From the NCBI GenBank assembly GCA_023231475.1, contig JALJEE010000763.1, positions 1-64,000 on the forward strand: a DNA stretch of 64,000 nt, read 5' to 3'. Positions 40,201 to 54,646 of the stretch are shown piece by piece. The stretch's first letter is position 1. Each line of letters opens with the position of its first letter. The notes beneath the pieces were generated by a model. The model was not told the DNA's origin and made no database searches. It saw only the letters and a list, made by a program, of their open reading frames with translations. This stretch comes from Seison nebaliae (lineage: Eukaryota). The translations under genes were made by a program, and so were the position numbers.

Positions 40201-43200
40201 GAAAATCAAACAGATTAGCACTAAATTATTTGAAGCACACTCTGTCTACAAAATGCACATAATACACATATTGAAGTGATGTAATACCGGACACGGAGTA
40301 GTAGCGGAAAGTAGTTCCATTACTATATACACAGAAATCGATAAAAGGATTTTCTTTCGAACAAAATGAATAAATATAATGAGTTTCACCTAATGATTTC
40401 ATCGGTCATAGTATTTCCTCCAATAAAACAATGATTAACTAGTTAAATAAGTGAATGCTGAATGAAATGAGGTGGGCAAAACATTATGTTGGAAGAAAGG
40501 TGGTTTTTTTTTTGTTTTTCAAATCATTCTTCCTCTCGAATGCTTACTGTCCAACGCACGGTATTCACTGTGGAAATGATCCTTATCCCCTAATGCCTTC
40601 GTGAAAAATTGATGGAGGAAATATTAATTCATCTGCTCATCGTTCGAATACGAAATACTCACAACATTTTTTCTTCGGTGACGCCTAGATGGAAGACTAA
40701 TTGGCATGATGTTTTATGATACAAGTTTTGAAATGAGGATCTTTACTTCGTCTTCATTTGAGAGAGGTGCTTAGTAACTCCGTGAATAAGATATCTCGAA
40801 CGACTCTTAGTTAGTGGAGAACGATCATTTCTTTGATTGAAGGTCAAATTTAATATAAAGTTAATTTAACTGACATATTATGTGAGTTGGTGGACCATAT
40901 GGAATCTATAGGACACTTCATATCATGGCGACTTGGGCGACATGTTAATTTAATGTTTTCATTTAACCTCTTTCCAAATCTTTTACACACAACTATAATT
41001 CTTCCTTTTCTTATATGTCAGTATGTGATGTTGAACGGAACAGTTTCGGTTCATTCATCCACATCCTAATACGGTATGTGGGGGTCAAATATTTTGGTTT
41101 CTCTTATTCTCTCGTTATCTACTAATAGCAACAGTGTTAGAAATGATGTAACAAATTGAATATTTTATTGAAATTTTAATTAGTGTTTATGAGAGAAGGA
41201 GATAAAGTTGAAGAACAGATTGATCTAATCTTTTAAGAAAACTGATAAAATGTTATTAGCAAAGTCGAATTTTTAGATGAATTTTAATTTGTTTTCTAAC
41301 GAGAAATGAGAGAGTTTTCAAAAATTGAAGGATTCTTCCATAATTTGAATAATACGAACCCTTTGTTTTCAATAAGAACCTTTTATAAAACCAGCTCTTA
41401 CAGTTAATGGAACCATACGATAACCGATGCCATAAGTAATATTACTCTATAAATTTTATCCCAATAACAATCAGTTATTTTATGTAGTTCTTAGTATTTT
41501 ACTTATGATTCTATATTTGTAATGATATACTTATGTTGTTGTTCAGAATTAATAATTAAATTTAGCGAAATGTTAAAGTATTCACTAATTGAATTTCATT
41601 TTGTAACGTCTCTTCTTCAACGGTTGTGATTATGATGAGGAGTGATGAATGTGAATGAGATTTTTATTTCAGATATCCAAGAACGAAGTTAATTCATTTT
41701 CCATACTTATCATTTTTAATTTATCTTGTCTTCACTCATTTGGATTGCATTGTACTAGTTTCACAATAACTTCTCCAACATAAATACACTTTACTTGTTA
41801 TGGCCAACGCCAGTCTCCTTATTATTCAATATCGTTATATGATTATTATTTTCATCATCACCAACATAATGATTATTCTACCATAAACCGGTCATGGGGT
41901 TCCTTTCCTTTCCTCTCCAAATTTCAATGTATCCTTTCTATCTGTTCTCGTGTCCATCATAAAATCGACGACTTCCACACTTGTATTCTTTAGATTGATG
42001 CAGTCCATCAGCACTATTAGTAAAAGTTAGTTATTCTCCCATTCTTGTGTGAAAATGAAATAGAGTTATCTAAATAGTAAAGTTTCATTTTCGACACACC
42101 CGGAGTAGAAGTATGTAAAGATCGATTATTTTTATAAGACATCACCAAATTGTGCTTAAAGATGAAATAGATTGAAATGAGTGATTACTCATTTTCTGCA
42201 TCAATTCCATTTGGCAAGTTATTCAGCACCATTCTCTAAGTATTTCCAAGATCTCCGGATAATTCTTAAAAATTATTTTCATGGAATCTAGTTGTAATTT
42301 ACTATATTATCAATGAAATAGTTTCATGTTCCGTTTCTTCACATAATTTACGAATCTTCTTATAAATCCATTCATTATTTTACAAACAGATTATGATAAT
42401 ACATTTCAGATTACCACCTGATGGATGAATAAGTCTACTGATGACTAACATTTGGATAGTTTAAGCAAAACGATAAAGTTTTACTTCATGACAATTCAAT
42501 TGTCTCAAATATCATCAATGCAAAAATATAATAACCAATGAATATTTATCACAACATTTTAACAAACAACTCGATACTTCAAAAGTTTCAAAAAGAACAA
42601 TGTCATATCATATATGAAACGTTTTCCATATTCAAAGTAACTTATACTGTACAAATATCTGTACAAATTATATAACATATTACCAAACATATGGAACCAC
42701 ATAGTATCGGTTTACAGTTTAACTTCCGACCCAATAAACAGTACCATAGGCACATTTAAATTTTATTTTCTTATAACCTACTCAATTCGAAATCTTCCAA
42801 ATCAAATTACGAACAATTCCAATAAATTGGAAGATGCTAGGAAGATCACATATTCAACAAACAATAATACCAACAACCAAAACTCTAATCAATAGTTTAA
42901 CAAAATCGACAAAACTTTCTCAATCAATTTATCAATAAATCAATTAGGAAAAAATTTTTTTTGGAATCCAGCCAAATCATCAATTTCTTATTTTCAACTA
43001 TTTTTCATATCACCAATACTTGTAGTAATAAACATTTTCTCGAAATTACTCCTCGAGAATATTTAGGAAGTTTTCTATTTTTCAAATTCTCATCTACATA
43101 CCAGTGACACCCAAGAAAATATATATACAAACCTAAACTTTACAACGAAAATCTGGAAGCCGTCAAAGAAAAAAGGTTTGTAAATTAAACTATTATATCT

Positions 43201-46200
43201 ACTGACCAAGGACAGAACTTCATTCTTAAAACAAATCTTCCTTAAATCCTCTTTCTACATTTTAATTTATTTTAACATTAATCAGACCCATAAACAATTA
43301 ACCAAACAACATTAAGGACATGGTCATTTTGCACCAAAAAAATTTTCAACAAAGTACATTTCTCTCAAAAACTTTGGTCACTCCATGTTTCACTTTTCGT
43401 CATGTACGGTCTTTTTTCAATTTAATATTAAGTATTAGGTATTAGGAAAATTGAAAAAGTTTATTGCTAAACTGATATTGTTTAGCTTTCTTTGAGATAT
43501 ATATCTTTGTGAGAAAAACTCTTTATATCACGGTAAAGAATTAGCTACTACGATTAATAATTGAACAAATTGAACAGATGATTAAAGGGGAAAAATCAAG
43601 TGGAGCATTTCGTAAGAAATGAAAGGAAGCGAAAAATAAGAAATTTTGATTAGGAGAAAAAATTTATCAATCGAAAAAAAATCAATTTGAGGAAGAAGTT
43701 AATTAATTTAATTAATTTCGTGCTTTTCATCAAACCATAAATAGTCACAAGAGAATATGATGAGATTTGGATTGAAGATAATTGTTGTCGAAATTATCTT
43801 TCTCTTATCTTACACTCCAATATTATATGTGTCGTTAAGATCAATGTGAAAACTAAAGAAATTGATATTTGTTTGAAGAAGAAAAGAAAAAGAAAGTTTC
43901 AGAAAGTTTTTCAAAAACTCTCAAAAGTTGAAGTCGAACACGGTTTTTCTAATCGTTTCTTCTTTTCAACGAAAATAGAAGTTATATTTATAATAATTTT
44001 TAATCAATCAAATGTTTCTAATCTCATTCATTATTCACATTAGTTTATGTTAGTCAATTTCTCTGTTTACGAAATTAAACAAAAACGATTATTACGTCGA
44101 AAAATGAAAGAAAGAAAAGTTAGAGGAGAATTATTTTGTAGTCAACTCCACTTGAACGATAGTGGAGTCTCCAGATTTAGGAAAAATGGATAAGTCCAAC
44201 TTCTCTTGATATATTTAGGAACGGATGTTCGTTGTCGAGAAGTGAATAACAAGTGTCATAAGATGAAGTATCATGGTAAGTGCAACGAATGGTAGACAGG
44301 CGACTCGAATTGTTGTCGACAACTATTTTTTTAAGAATGGGAAAGACAAATGAAAATATTGAATATTGATCTTAAAGGATAGTACTTCCGATTAGTACGA
44401 ATTCCGATGAATTCCTTACGATTATTGACCGAATTGAAACACTTTTTAAAGAATAGAATTCCCATAAAATGAGAAACATTATTCTTCGAAATTGATTTTA
44501 TTCAACCTATTCTTCCGCTTCTCACCAAATTTACATTCCACATTTAGTTTCTCCTTCATCTTCCAAATTCAGTTCGTTATCCCAGTCAGTGAACCTGAGG
44601 TTTAATGGTGATTTTGATTGTGAATTGACAGAAGTTATAACATCAATCACCGAAATGAACCTTCTCAACTACTTGTTAGTGAGCTGATATGTCGATTGAT
44701 ATGAGGAACATCAAAAACGAATTTTTTTTGAACTCTTTTCGTTTTAGTGGTCGAATTGTGTGAAGTGAATAATAAACGACTCTCAATATAAAAGTAAACA
44801 AAAGAGCAGTCTTCCTCAAATTTTAGTAGTTATATCTAGCGGTAGCTAATGCTTAATCGAATATTTTCAACCAAATTAATCAAAATTCAAAATTTCCAAC
44901 TAGATTAGTTTCATTGATTTCATTTGATAAGTCTCAGTATTAATGAACCAAAAGAATGCATTAACCTGACTCTCTTTCAAGATTTTATTAGAAGTATTAA
45001 GTTTTTGTCAATCGAATTATTTATTCTCCCACATTCCTCCACTTCCATTAATCATTAGGTTACTCTCTTTGTTGAACATGGCGATTCATCAATATCATTT
45101 AATAGCTCCATTGATACGGGACTCATACGAGAGTCGAATCAATAATCATTATTAAGTCAAAAAAAAATGAATCTGATTTTTCCAAATGGTGATAACATAA
45201 AATTAGTAACATGAAAGTGAGAAGATTGTTAGATCTCAAAAAAGAAGGAAGGGAATACTATTTCTATCTTGAATTTTCCATCAACTTGTTGTAAAGACGC
45301 CGATCATATTTGTTATTGGGACATAAAGAGAACGTGTGATGGACGGTACAATTGTGGTCATTAATGCAAAATGGAATGATCTTCCAGTTAAATTGTGTAA
45401 ATGATTAACGTTCTCCACACGATCAGTATATTGAGCTAATGATTTTTTCATCAATTTTTTTTCCTTCTTTTAAGAACTCCGACATCGACACTTTGTTAAT
45501 GCTTGTCAGTTCTTTCTTCTATCTAACTGAAAGATGAAATATAAATGATTATTATGATATTGGGATAGATACTTGTTAGGATAGTGAGTGTAGATATTAG
45601 ACAACCTGTACATTGCTGAATATCGTGCTATTAGAAACCATCATTATTTTATGAATAGTAAGAGGAGTGTGTTGTCTTTAATTGGTAGTCGTTGAAAAAT
45701 GTTGAAATTTAATTATTTTTCATATCATTTACAAATATTTCAGTTATTACACATATTCACTATTCCACCTATGTTTATCTTCATCAGTTTGTCTAATAAG
45801 AAAAATGAAAAATTGAAGGAAAAGTTTCAAAGATGAGAGATGTCTGAAATGAGTGACTCACTCACAGTGAGAGAGTACGCACATATATAGGTATCTATTT
45901 CGATCGCATCACCATTTCAACCGTTCGACAAGTAAAATAACAACAAACTAAATTCTGCACGAGTAACAGACGCCGTTACGTTTCAACATTTTCATATTTT
46001 GAGGAAAGTAAAATCATGATTAAATGGATTGAATAAACAGTTGTAGGATCAAATACGTCCGACACTATAAAAACATCTCTACCATATTATCTGCTTTTAT
46101 TTTTGCAAGATTCTTACCTTCCTTTCATACCATTCATTTAATTTCCTCTTCAACGGTAAATTTTCAAGATTGTCTTGATTTTCAAACTCTCCTGTGTATC

Positions 46201-49141
46201 CTCCCAACGACTCGTTTTCTGATTTGAGAAAACGGGATTTTTATATAAGAAAATCACCTTTCTAAATACGTTCCAAAAAAATTCATTACTTCTAGTTACC
46301 TTCTGCTTCTTTCAAAAAGTCTTTCTCACAACTTGTTTCATTCGAGTTGTTTATATAAATTTATTATTGATAATAAATGGAGTAAACTCTTCCTATTCAC
46401 TCAAAGGAGCACGTGTGATTGTGATGTTTGGAATGACAAGATAAGATTAGTGGCACAACCAACTCTTTTTCAGAGTCGTTAGTAGCAGTTACCGAGGCTA
46501 ATGGAGTGCCAATCAGTTTCTCAATTGTTTAGTGTCAAATTGCAGAATGATAAATTTTCTATATTTGTAACTTCTTCGTCTTCCATCTATCGACGTTTGT
46601 AAACAATGGACTTTATGTAATTCACCTATCGATATGTGGCACTTTGTCGAATTCTTCAAATTTCCATACATACATCTATGTACAGATAAATGTTCCATTA
46701 AATTGATCGATAGTTACCAATGTTAAATATCCGAATAACAACAAGCCTCAGAAAACTTGAAACTTGTCCTCCTGACCACTCGTCAATTGACGTCGTCCGA
46801 ACTTTTATTAGATTAAGGAGAGAAGATTTCTGGAATATTTTTCCGGTTGTAAACGTCGTTTACTAAATAACAACTGAACTTTTATTAAACGGTGAGACAG
46901 GTTGATGAATGATCCCTATTGATTTATTAAGAGGGAAATTGGTAAACATTTAAAAGAAGTTGATTCCACTTATTTTACAGACTGTCTTTCTTTTAAATGG
47001 AGTCATTAGCAGATGAATTATGGCGTTGGGGATTCATCGCTAATTCATCACCTTGTCGTCGTCTGCTCATTCGTCATCAGAATAATCTCTACGTTACTTT
47101 CCTGTCATTTAATCGCGTTTTACTTATCATTGTAGCGATAACCGTATGTTTTCTCCTTCAATTTTCTGTAGATTTTATGATTAATAACTTGTCGTACATT
47201 TTTTTATGTTCGACGAAGAATGAAAGAAATCTCAGCTTTTTTCAAGTTTTTCTTCATTCTAGGACCATCGGTTTATCTATGTGTAACTCATTCGATTCTT
47301 TATTGGATCTAATGTCCATTCTGTTCAACTGAACCGATTTATGTTCACTTTTTATTCTATTGACGTTTGCGAAGCACTTGAAATCGACAGACTAATTAGA
47401 AGACTCATAATCAAGAATGCAAATTTATCTTCTCATTTCGGAGGGACTCCTTCTGATTATTATCTAAGATGTTTAAGTTCTTCTGCTTTCACTCTCATCG
47501 GTAAGGTAAACTTTCTCTGGTTGATAGCGATATCGATCGTCTGACGATTAGATGTTGTCGATCCATGTAACAAGTTCAGGTAAGGGGAGATAAAAACAGA
47601 TTGTTTCATCAAAAAGCAGGAGATGGATATGAAATTTAGCACGGAAATGTGATCAGTTCAGTTGATGTATGCTTAATGATTGTTCCCCATATATATATTC
47701 AAATTTAATTTACATAAATATCTGATGTTCATTATCGTTCTTCACTTTATAATGATTTAAAGAGTAAGTGAGCTGGTAGATATTGGCGGAAAATAAAACG
47801 GTGTCTACTTTGAACACCTCTTCTACTACATGGGAAATGTTGAAGGGAAAGAGCAAAAAAATCAAAGTTTTTATTTCCTAAAACAAAAATTTTAGTCCAT
47901 CACCATTTATGTTTTTGTTGTTGCTACAATTTCCGTTGATGGCGATGATGATAATAAAGTTTTATTTATTTGAATTCTTTATACTGCTCTTAAGTTTAAA
48001 TGAAAGATATTAATCATCTCATTAATAAAATGGTTGTTGAGCAACCGCTGAGAATAGTGCGAACGTTGCAGAAACGTTTGTCCGTTAAACTTGACCAAGC
48101 AGCTAAGAAGTGAGAAAGATCCATTACTTAAATGGTCTCAATCTATTAGCTAAATAGCTGGATTGTACAAAACAGAACTCAACATCATTTGTGCTAATTT
48201 TATGCGAGAGTAGCTGATGACATGTGATCTCGATAAAGGATAGTATTCCTCTTGATTGCCTTCATCACCGATGTTCAACTTCTAAATTGAACATCCAAAT
48301 ATTTACAAACTTGCCTTTTCCTTCATTATTATCATTAACGTTCTGTGCAACTGGGAAGATTATGGGTCAATTTCAGAGGGAGACTTCACATTTTTGTAAG
48401 ATTCATTTGAAAGAAATTTCCTGAAAGGTTCGATTGATAAAAGTTTGATGTAATTCACTTCTTCACTTTTCTATTCTAACAGAAATTCAAAGCACCTTCA
48501 TCCTTCTTTATCATAAACTTTTCTCATTCAAATTAAATTTCTAATACGTTTACATTATCTTCTATTCTGATGACAACCATTTGTCGTTGAATAAATTATA
48601 TAATTATATTTGATATTCATCAGTTACCTAGTAGTGACCAATTGACCATATGTTCCTCTTTTCATCTTTCACAAGGGAAGATCAAAGTTACATTCATGTG
48701 GTTAACGATATGTAATGTTCTGAGTCTATCCTTCGGAAAGTCCACTTGTTCAATTCTCTATCCTAATAGTTCTAGTTTTGACTTTAAACAAAAATATCCA
48801 ACAACACTTAATTAGATTAAACATAATCATATTTCAACTCTTTTCAATTCAAACGGATTTTAATAACCACAGTATTCTAGGGAAAAAGTTGAAATGGGAA
48901 ATGATTCTTTACGATCTCTTAACTTCCGACTTGTGAAGAGTCAAACTGTTCTAAATACAAAATATGTGTGTAGGTAAAGTTCTTTCTTAAATATACTTTT
49001 CTTCTCGAAAGAATGATATTGTTCTTCTCTCATGAATTTTTCTTCTTTTTCCTTTACTTTTTATTGTCGTAGATTTTTGGAGAACAACAACAAAACGAAA
49101 TTGCGAAGAAACCATTTAAACTTTAGTATGAGCGAAGTAAA

Positions 49142-52100
49142 ATGCTCTTCATGAATATTCCAGCGTCCTTGAATAGTCCGAAAGGGAACGACGTGAAAAG
49201 CCAAACATCGGACGTTTCATCAATCGAATCTGTTTCATCATCGTTATCTTCTTCCTCCACGTTGTCGACGGATTTGTCAGGTGGTGGTGTCGAAGATCAG
49301 AATACCAAATTTTTTATGACGAACAATCTCAATTCTTCAAATTCTCAACAACATATAACCAACAACAATAACAACAATATTTCAAATATTAATTTCAATA
49401 ATACTAGGCAGCTTTTCCAACATAATTCGACATCATCACAATCGATTGGCTCTCCAAATTTCCTCCAATATTCTTCAACTCCACAAACAAAAAGAACGGA
49501 AACAACTACTGCCAATTCTCAAAATAACAACCACCAATTGTTAGGTGGGACTGAGAGTAAATCGATTGAATCTGATATACGATCGAATTATGATGCATTA
49601 TCCGCTCTCATCTCACAAACATATTCTCAATATAACATGACAATCACTCATCCTTACTATCAATTATATGAGAATGCTGCTGCAACTAATCTACTATTCA
49701 ACAATTTAATGAATCTCTCAACTAATAACAACAATTCTGTCACCAACACCAATAACAATAACTGCAACACCGTCAATCAAATTCAACAACAATCGAATTC
49801 TGTAAATCAACAACCGTATTTGGATAATTATACTATGATCGCATTAGCTGCTCAACAAGCTGCATTGGTTAATCCACAGAATTTGACGAATATTCCCTTG
49901 TTTGACAGACAACCACATACAATAGACAAATTACCACAACCACTTGGCAGTGAAGTATCACCACAAGAGAAACCACCATTATTTTCGAGTAAGGCGAATG
50001 TTTGTAATGTATGTTCGGAACCAGCTAGTGGATTACATTGTGGTGCAGTGACTTGTGAAGCGTGCAAAGTTTCTTTTCTTCTTTATTGAGAATTATTCTA
50101 TTAATTTTGATTATAGAAATTCTTTTTGAGAAGTGCAAATGGTGAAGCGGAGAAATATAAATGTAATCGATTAGGAAATTGTTCGATAACTCGTTTCACT
50201 CGAACTCTATGTCAATTCTGTCGATATCAGAAATGTCTCACCGTTGGTATGAAATTGAATGGTTAATTTTTATTTTCCTTCATTTTTCAATATAATGAAT
50301 TTTCTCATTTTTTAGCTGATATTCGAACACCCAGTGTTACTGAAGTGTTCAAGAAGATTCCATGTACGGTGTGTAAAGCACCAGCATCTGGAATGCATTT
50401 CGGTTCGATCACATGTGAAGGATGTAAAGTTTCATTCTTTTTATTTTCTCATTTTTCTTTCAACATTTTTATAAAAGGGATTCTTCCGTCGATGTATTAA
50501 GGAACCAAATCCTGAATTTAAATATAAATGTCTCAATAATCGTCAATGTGTTATTAGTAGTTCTACTAGAAATGTTTGTCGATCATGCCGATTCCGTCGA
50601 TGTATCGGTGTTGGAATGTCAAGTAAAGCGAGTCGAATTGGACGACAATCGAATTTATTCAAATTTCAAGTGATGGAAATGCAAGCAAATGGATCGAATG
50701 ATCCCCAAGAAATTATTCGATATATGACGGAAGTTGGACGGAATAAAGCTGCACGAATGGCAAGTAAACGTAATCCGGTTCCTGGTATTTGGTCTGCCAT
50801 AAGTTCCGGTCTTCGCTTATCCGCATCATCGTCTTCAACGTCTGTTGGTCAAACGACGACCGATGAAAATAAAAAAGAAAAAAAGGAAATAGGAAAAGTA
50901 AAAAATTTGGTAAAGAAAGAATATAAATCGAGCAACATCTCAAACAATCACATTAACGACAACAACATGAAGCTTACTAATGAAACAAATCAATTTATAC
51001 ATGAGATTGGCGGAGAGATGTTGGAAAGTCCGATAATGAATCGGCAACAAAACCTCAATTTAATGGCATCGGAGAATAACAGAAATATTCCACAACAATT
51101 CGATTATCCGATGAGAAAATTAGAGAATTATGATCAACGATCTACATCAACCTTTCCATCATTGTCTAAAGAAGTGATACAAAATAAGACTAATGACCAC
51201 AATCTCAGTAATCACCTTCTACATAACTCATTCTCCAATTCCAACTTGTCGTCAACTATTCATTCAAATGAACTCTTACCTCCAAAGAATTCCAACTGTG
51301 TTGGTTAGTCTCATTATTTTCTATTATTTTGTTTTTATTGTAATTTTGTAATTTGTAATTCTTACTTTATATTTTTAATGATCATATCTCATATACGTAT
51401 GTATTGCTTTATACGACAGACTGTATTACTATTACAGATAATTTTTATGTTTCATTTTTATAATATTCTAATTCTTGTGAAAAACATTTTTTCTTTTTTT
51501 CATTAATTGTACTTATAAATTTTTTCTTAAACCTCTCAAATAGATCCGATGAAATTGTTGAATATTATGAAGAATAAGGAGCAGAATCAACAATTATTTC
51601 AACCACCATATTCATCATCACAATCAAATATGAATATGAAGAGACGAAGTATTGACCAGGTGCCAGGAGAAACATTGAAACGACTGTGTACGAATCAACC
51701 GAGATTATCAGTTCCTTATAATTTTTCTGATTCTAAACTGATGGTCAAAGCGCAACAACAATATGTCAATCACTCGATGATAAGTGGTCAGGAGAACTTA
51801 GTGAAAGAATATGAGGATATTATTAATCAAGTTCAACAAAGTTTTCTTCGACAACAACAAGTTTCCTTCGATTATTTCCAATCGTCTTTATTGAAATTTT
51901 CTTTTATAATTCTTTCTATAAAAGTTATTGAACAACTTTTATGAATATAATGATTGTACATCATCGGTTGCTGATATTTGTGCGGAAAAATTAACGAGTT
52001 ATGGGAAATTATGTGTCCGTTTCGCCGCCTCTTTACCAGGTAACTTTTATTTTTCTCTTATTTGGATGAATGTTTAAATTGAATTCTTTAGATTTCTCCT

Positions 52101-53505
52101 CCCTACCAAACAAAGATAAAATTCTTTTGATCAAAAAGGCTGTCCATGGATTCATTGTTCTACTTCAAATTAATTATAATCCTTATCAACAATCGGAAAT
52201 CGATGATAAAGATGATGATTCATGGAATTATTTCAATGTCAATAAAAAAGTCTTCGATATGATATGCGAAGAATTCCCAACTTATGGTCGAATTCATAAG
52301 AAGATGCGTGACGTACGTAAAATAATTTTGAAATCGAAAATCGATTTCAGTGAATTATCTCTATTATCAGCATTACTCATCTTCAATCTCAGTTAGTTGT
52401 TCTTCAATTAAAATTCATTCTTCATTTGATTCTTGTAGTGGAAACACCGAATTTGATAGATGTGGAAAGTGTAAATCGATGTCATGCTAATCATCTGAAA
52501 ACATTGTATTATTATATTGAAAGTTTGATGATTGTTTTCATTTCCTTCATTTATGCTCATTATTATTCATTTTCTTTAGAATGTAAGAAAACGTTCAATG
52601 ACCGATGGTACACCATCATTCATATCTCGAAATATTTGAATGAAATTAATTCTTGTTTTATGGAAACGGAAAATATTAGAAATGAAATGAGTTCTCTCAC
52701 AATTAACAACGGGAATAATAATTCAAGAGAATTCAGTAACAGTATGAATTCGAACGACGATGTGATCAGTTGTCTACAACTTCGAAATGGTGAAGATAAT
52801 TCGGAGAATAATTCTTATTCTATCGATTCTTATGAATATTCGAATGAGTTCAATTCTCATGAAACACATCCATTTCACAAAGACAACCAATTCCATCAAC
52901 TCGACATTTTTGGTGATGGTCGGACGAATGTCGATCTCTGTTCTTCTTTCCCTAATCAATCTAATTTTGATCTGTCCACACCTTTCTCCTCATTTTCCAA
53001 TGTATCTCCTTCTGCAACTGCTGCCTGCTCTACTGCCAAATCAACGACATCATCTTCGACATTTGGACAAGATCAAAACTTCTGGTCAAATATGCCATTC
53101 ACATCGATGAATTCTGATTTAATGGATTCATCTGTCTCGTCATCAACAATCAATATGAATAATGTTCAAATGCAAAGAGAAGTTGAAGATGATATATGTC
53201 AAAAAGGGACGATTGATAAGGAAAAATTAAAACTTTTAGAATTATTGAAAACACTCTACATTCGTCTTAAAGAAAAATCGGAACATGTTAATATGTGGAA
53301 TAAAGAGTATGCTCCTTGGGAATCATCATCATCTTCTTCTTCTTCTTCTTCCTCTTCCTCTTCCTCCTCCTCTTCTTCATTATCATCATCATCTGTATCA
53401 TCTACTCTTCCGGTGACCACATCAAATACGATGGACAATGTCATCGACTCCTCTTCAATTGGCATCGATTCAACGAACAAGATTCGCGAATTATTTACAA
53501 TTTAA
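49142..53505 (+). CDS. Nuclear receptor with two tandem DNA-binding domains (2DBD-NR) and a ligand-binding domain, 9 exons
   Basis: DBD1 is CNVCSEPASGLHCGAVTCEACK/KFFLRS...CQFCRYQKCLTVGM. DBD2 is CTVCKAPASGMHFGSITCEGCK/GFFRRC...CRSCRFRRCIGVGM. The LBD signature is FAASLP/DFSSLPNKDKILLIK. Introns include 50069-50116, 50262-50315, 50429-50477, 51304-51543, 51861-51924 and 52040-52091. Confidence 0.93.
53323..53394 (+). repeat. Mixed TCN trinucleotide repeat encoding a poly-Ser tract in the nuclear receptor C-terminus
   Basis: A run of tca/tct/tcc codons translates as SSSSSSSSSSSSSSSSSSSLSSSS. Confidence 0.9.
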
Positions 53506-54269
53506 CCGTTTACACATTCGACACGCATCGAACTCTCTCAGGACCTTAATATATAAGAATTCTTCGAGATCATTCTGGTGACGTAGATCGTTTAATTTGA
53601 TTCTCGTCCGACAATCTCAAAATTATTAACATTTCATTGTCTTTCATTATTTTTAATCATTTGTTCAATTAATCTCTTCGATTTTTGACACATCTTCGTC
53701 TTCATCATCAACAGTAACTTGTTTCTTTCTTTATTCAATGATCACTTGATTGATTGATTGAAGGATTAATTAGTCGAGATGGTTGTGATGTTACGACTTA
53801 TTCTACAGAAAAGAAATAGAAAATCTAAAAATTTTTCCCGTTTTTTTCCGGTTCAAATATTATCAATTTTTTATATTTGGAATTTTTTACACAGATTCTC
53901 TCAATATTATTTCTCAGATCCGTTCTGTCTCATCTCTCCTATATTATACCACTGAATAATTGTATTCAAATGAAAGGAAGTTTGTTGGATCGATTTGACT
54001 GCTGATTAATTAAGGAATTAGCATAAAACCACATTTCCTTTAATCTATCATCATCTTATCCTTCTAACCGTTAAAGAAATTTGTTCATTTTTCGTCTCTT
54101 CAATTTCCTTCTCTTAATTCTCTCTCACACACTCTTTCAATTTTGCGTCATTTACTACACGAAAGTTTCAAGCAGAATCAATTTCCAGATTAGCTGAAAT
54201 GACAACAATTTAATTGTTTTAAATTCTATATTTTCTAAGCAATTTTATTTCTTTTTTTATCGTGCCTGT

Positions 54270-54273
<4 letters not shown>

Positions 54274-54302
<29 letters not shown>
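54274..54302. repeat. (AT)n microsatellite
   Basis: Perfect alternating AT run of about 29 nt. Confidence 0.95.
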
Positions 54303-54305
<3 letters not shown>

Positions 54306-54646
54306 CGCGAAATGAAACGTCTCATTTACTTTTTCACCTGACATAAGTGTAAAGGCAAATCCATCGGATTGGAAAGACAGGCAACATTTAACGTAAATAT
54401 CTCTATTGCATAACATAATGCTACACTGAATATCTATAGAATTATTTTCGTTTTCATCTTTTTCTTTTATTTCTTTACAGTGTATAGAAGAGGAATTGTC
54501 ACATATCATGGTTAATTGTTTCGAATTTGATTCATGATATTGACTGATTCCAATTCTTTTCATCATTTCCTCGTTTTTATTTGTTTGTTAATTTAATTAA
54601 ATTTCAACGTAACAAAAATATACAAATGATGTGATTTAAACAATTT

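Noticed and set aside
40689..40760. TGGAAGACTA matching the first 10 nt of miR-7
   Set aside because: The remaining sequence diverges and the surrounding fold-back is weak, so it is compatible with chance.
44143..44168. 8-bp inverted repeat ACTCCACT/AGTGGAGT
   Set aside because: Too short and isolated to support a MITE or structured RNA.
46500..47642. Short ORFs (46997-47332, 47341-47544 and others) and a 'PPDH' frame vaguely like a decayed endonuclease
   Set aside because: No recognisable domain or consistent exon chain, and the motif similarity is too weak to call.
53256..53549. Poly-Glu/Asp ORF (minus strand) and poly-Phe ORF (plus strand)
   Set aside because: Alternative-frame readings of the receptor's poly-Ser codon run.
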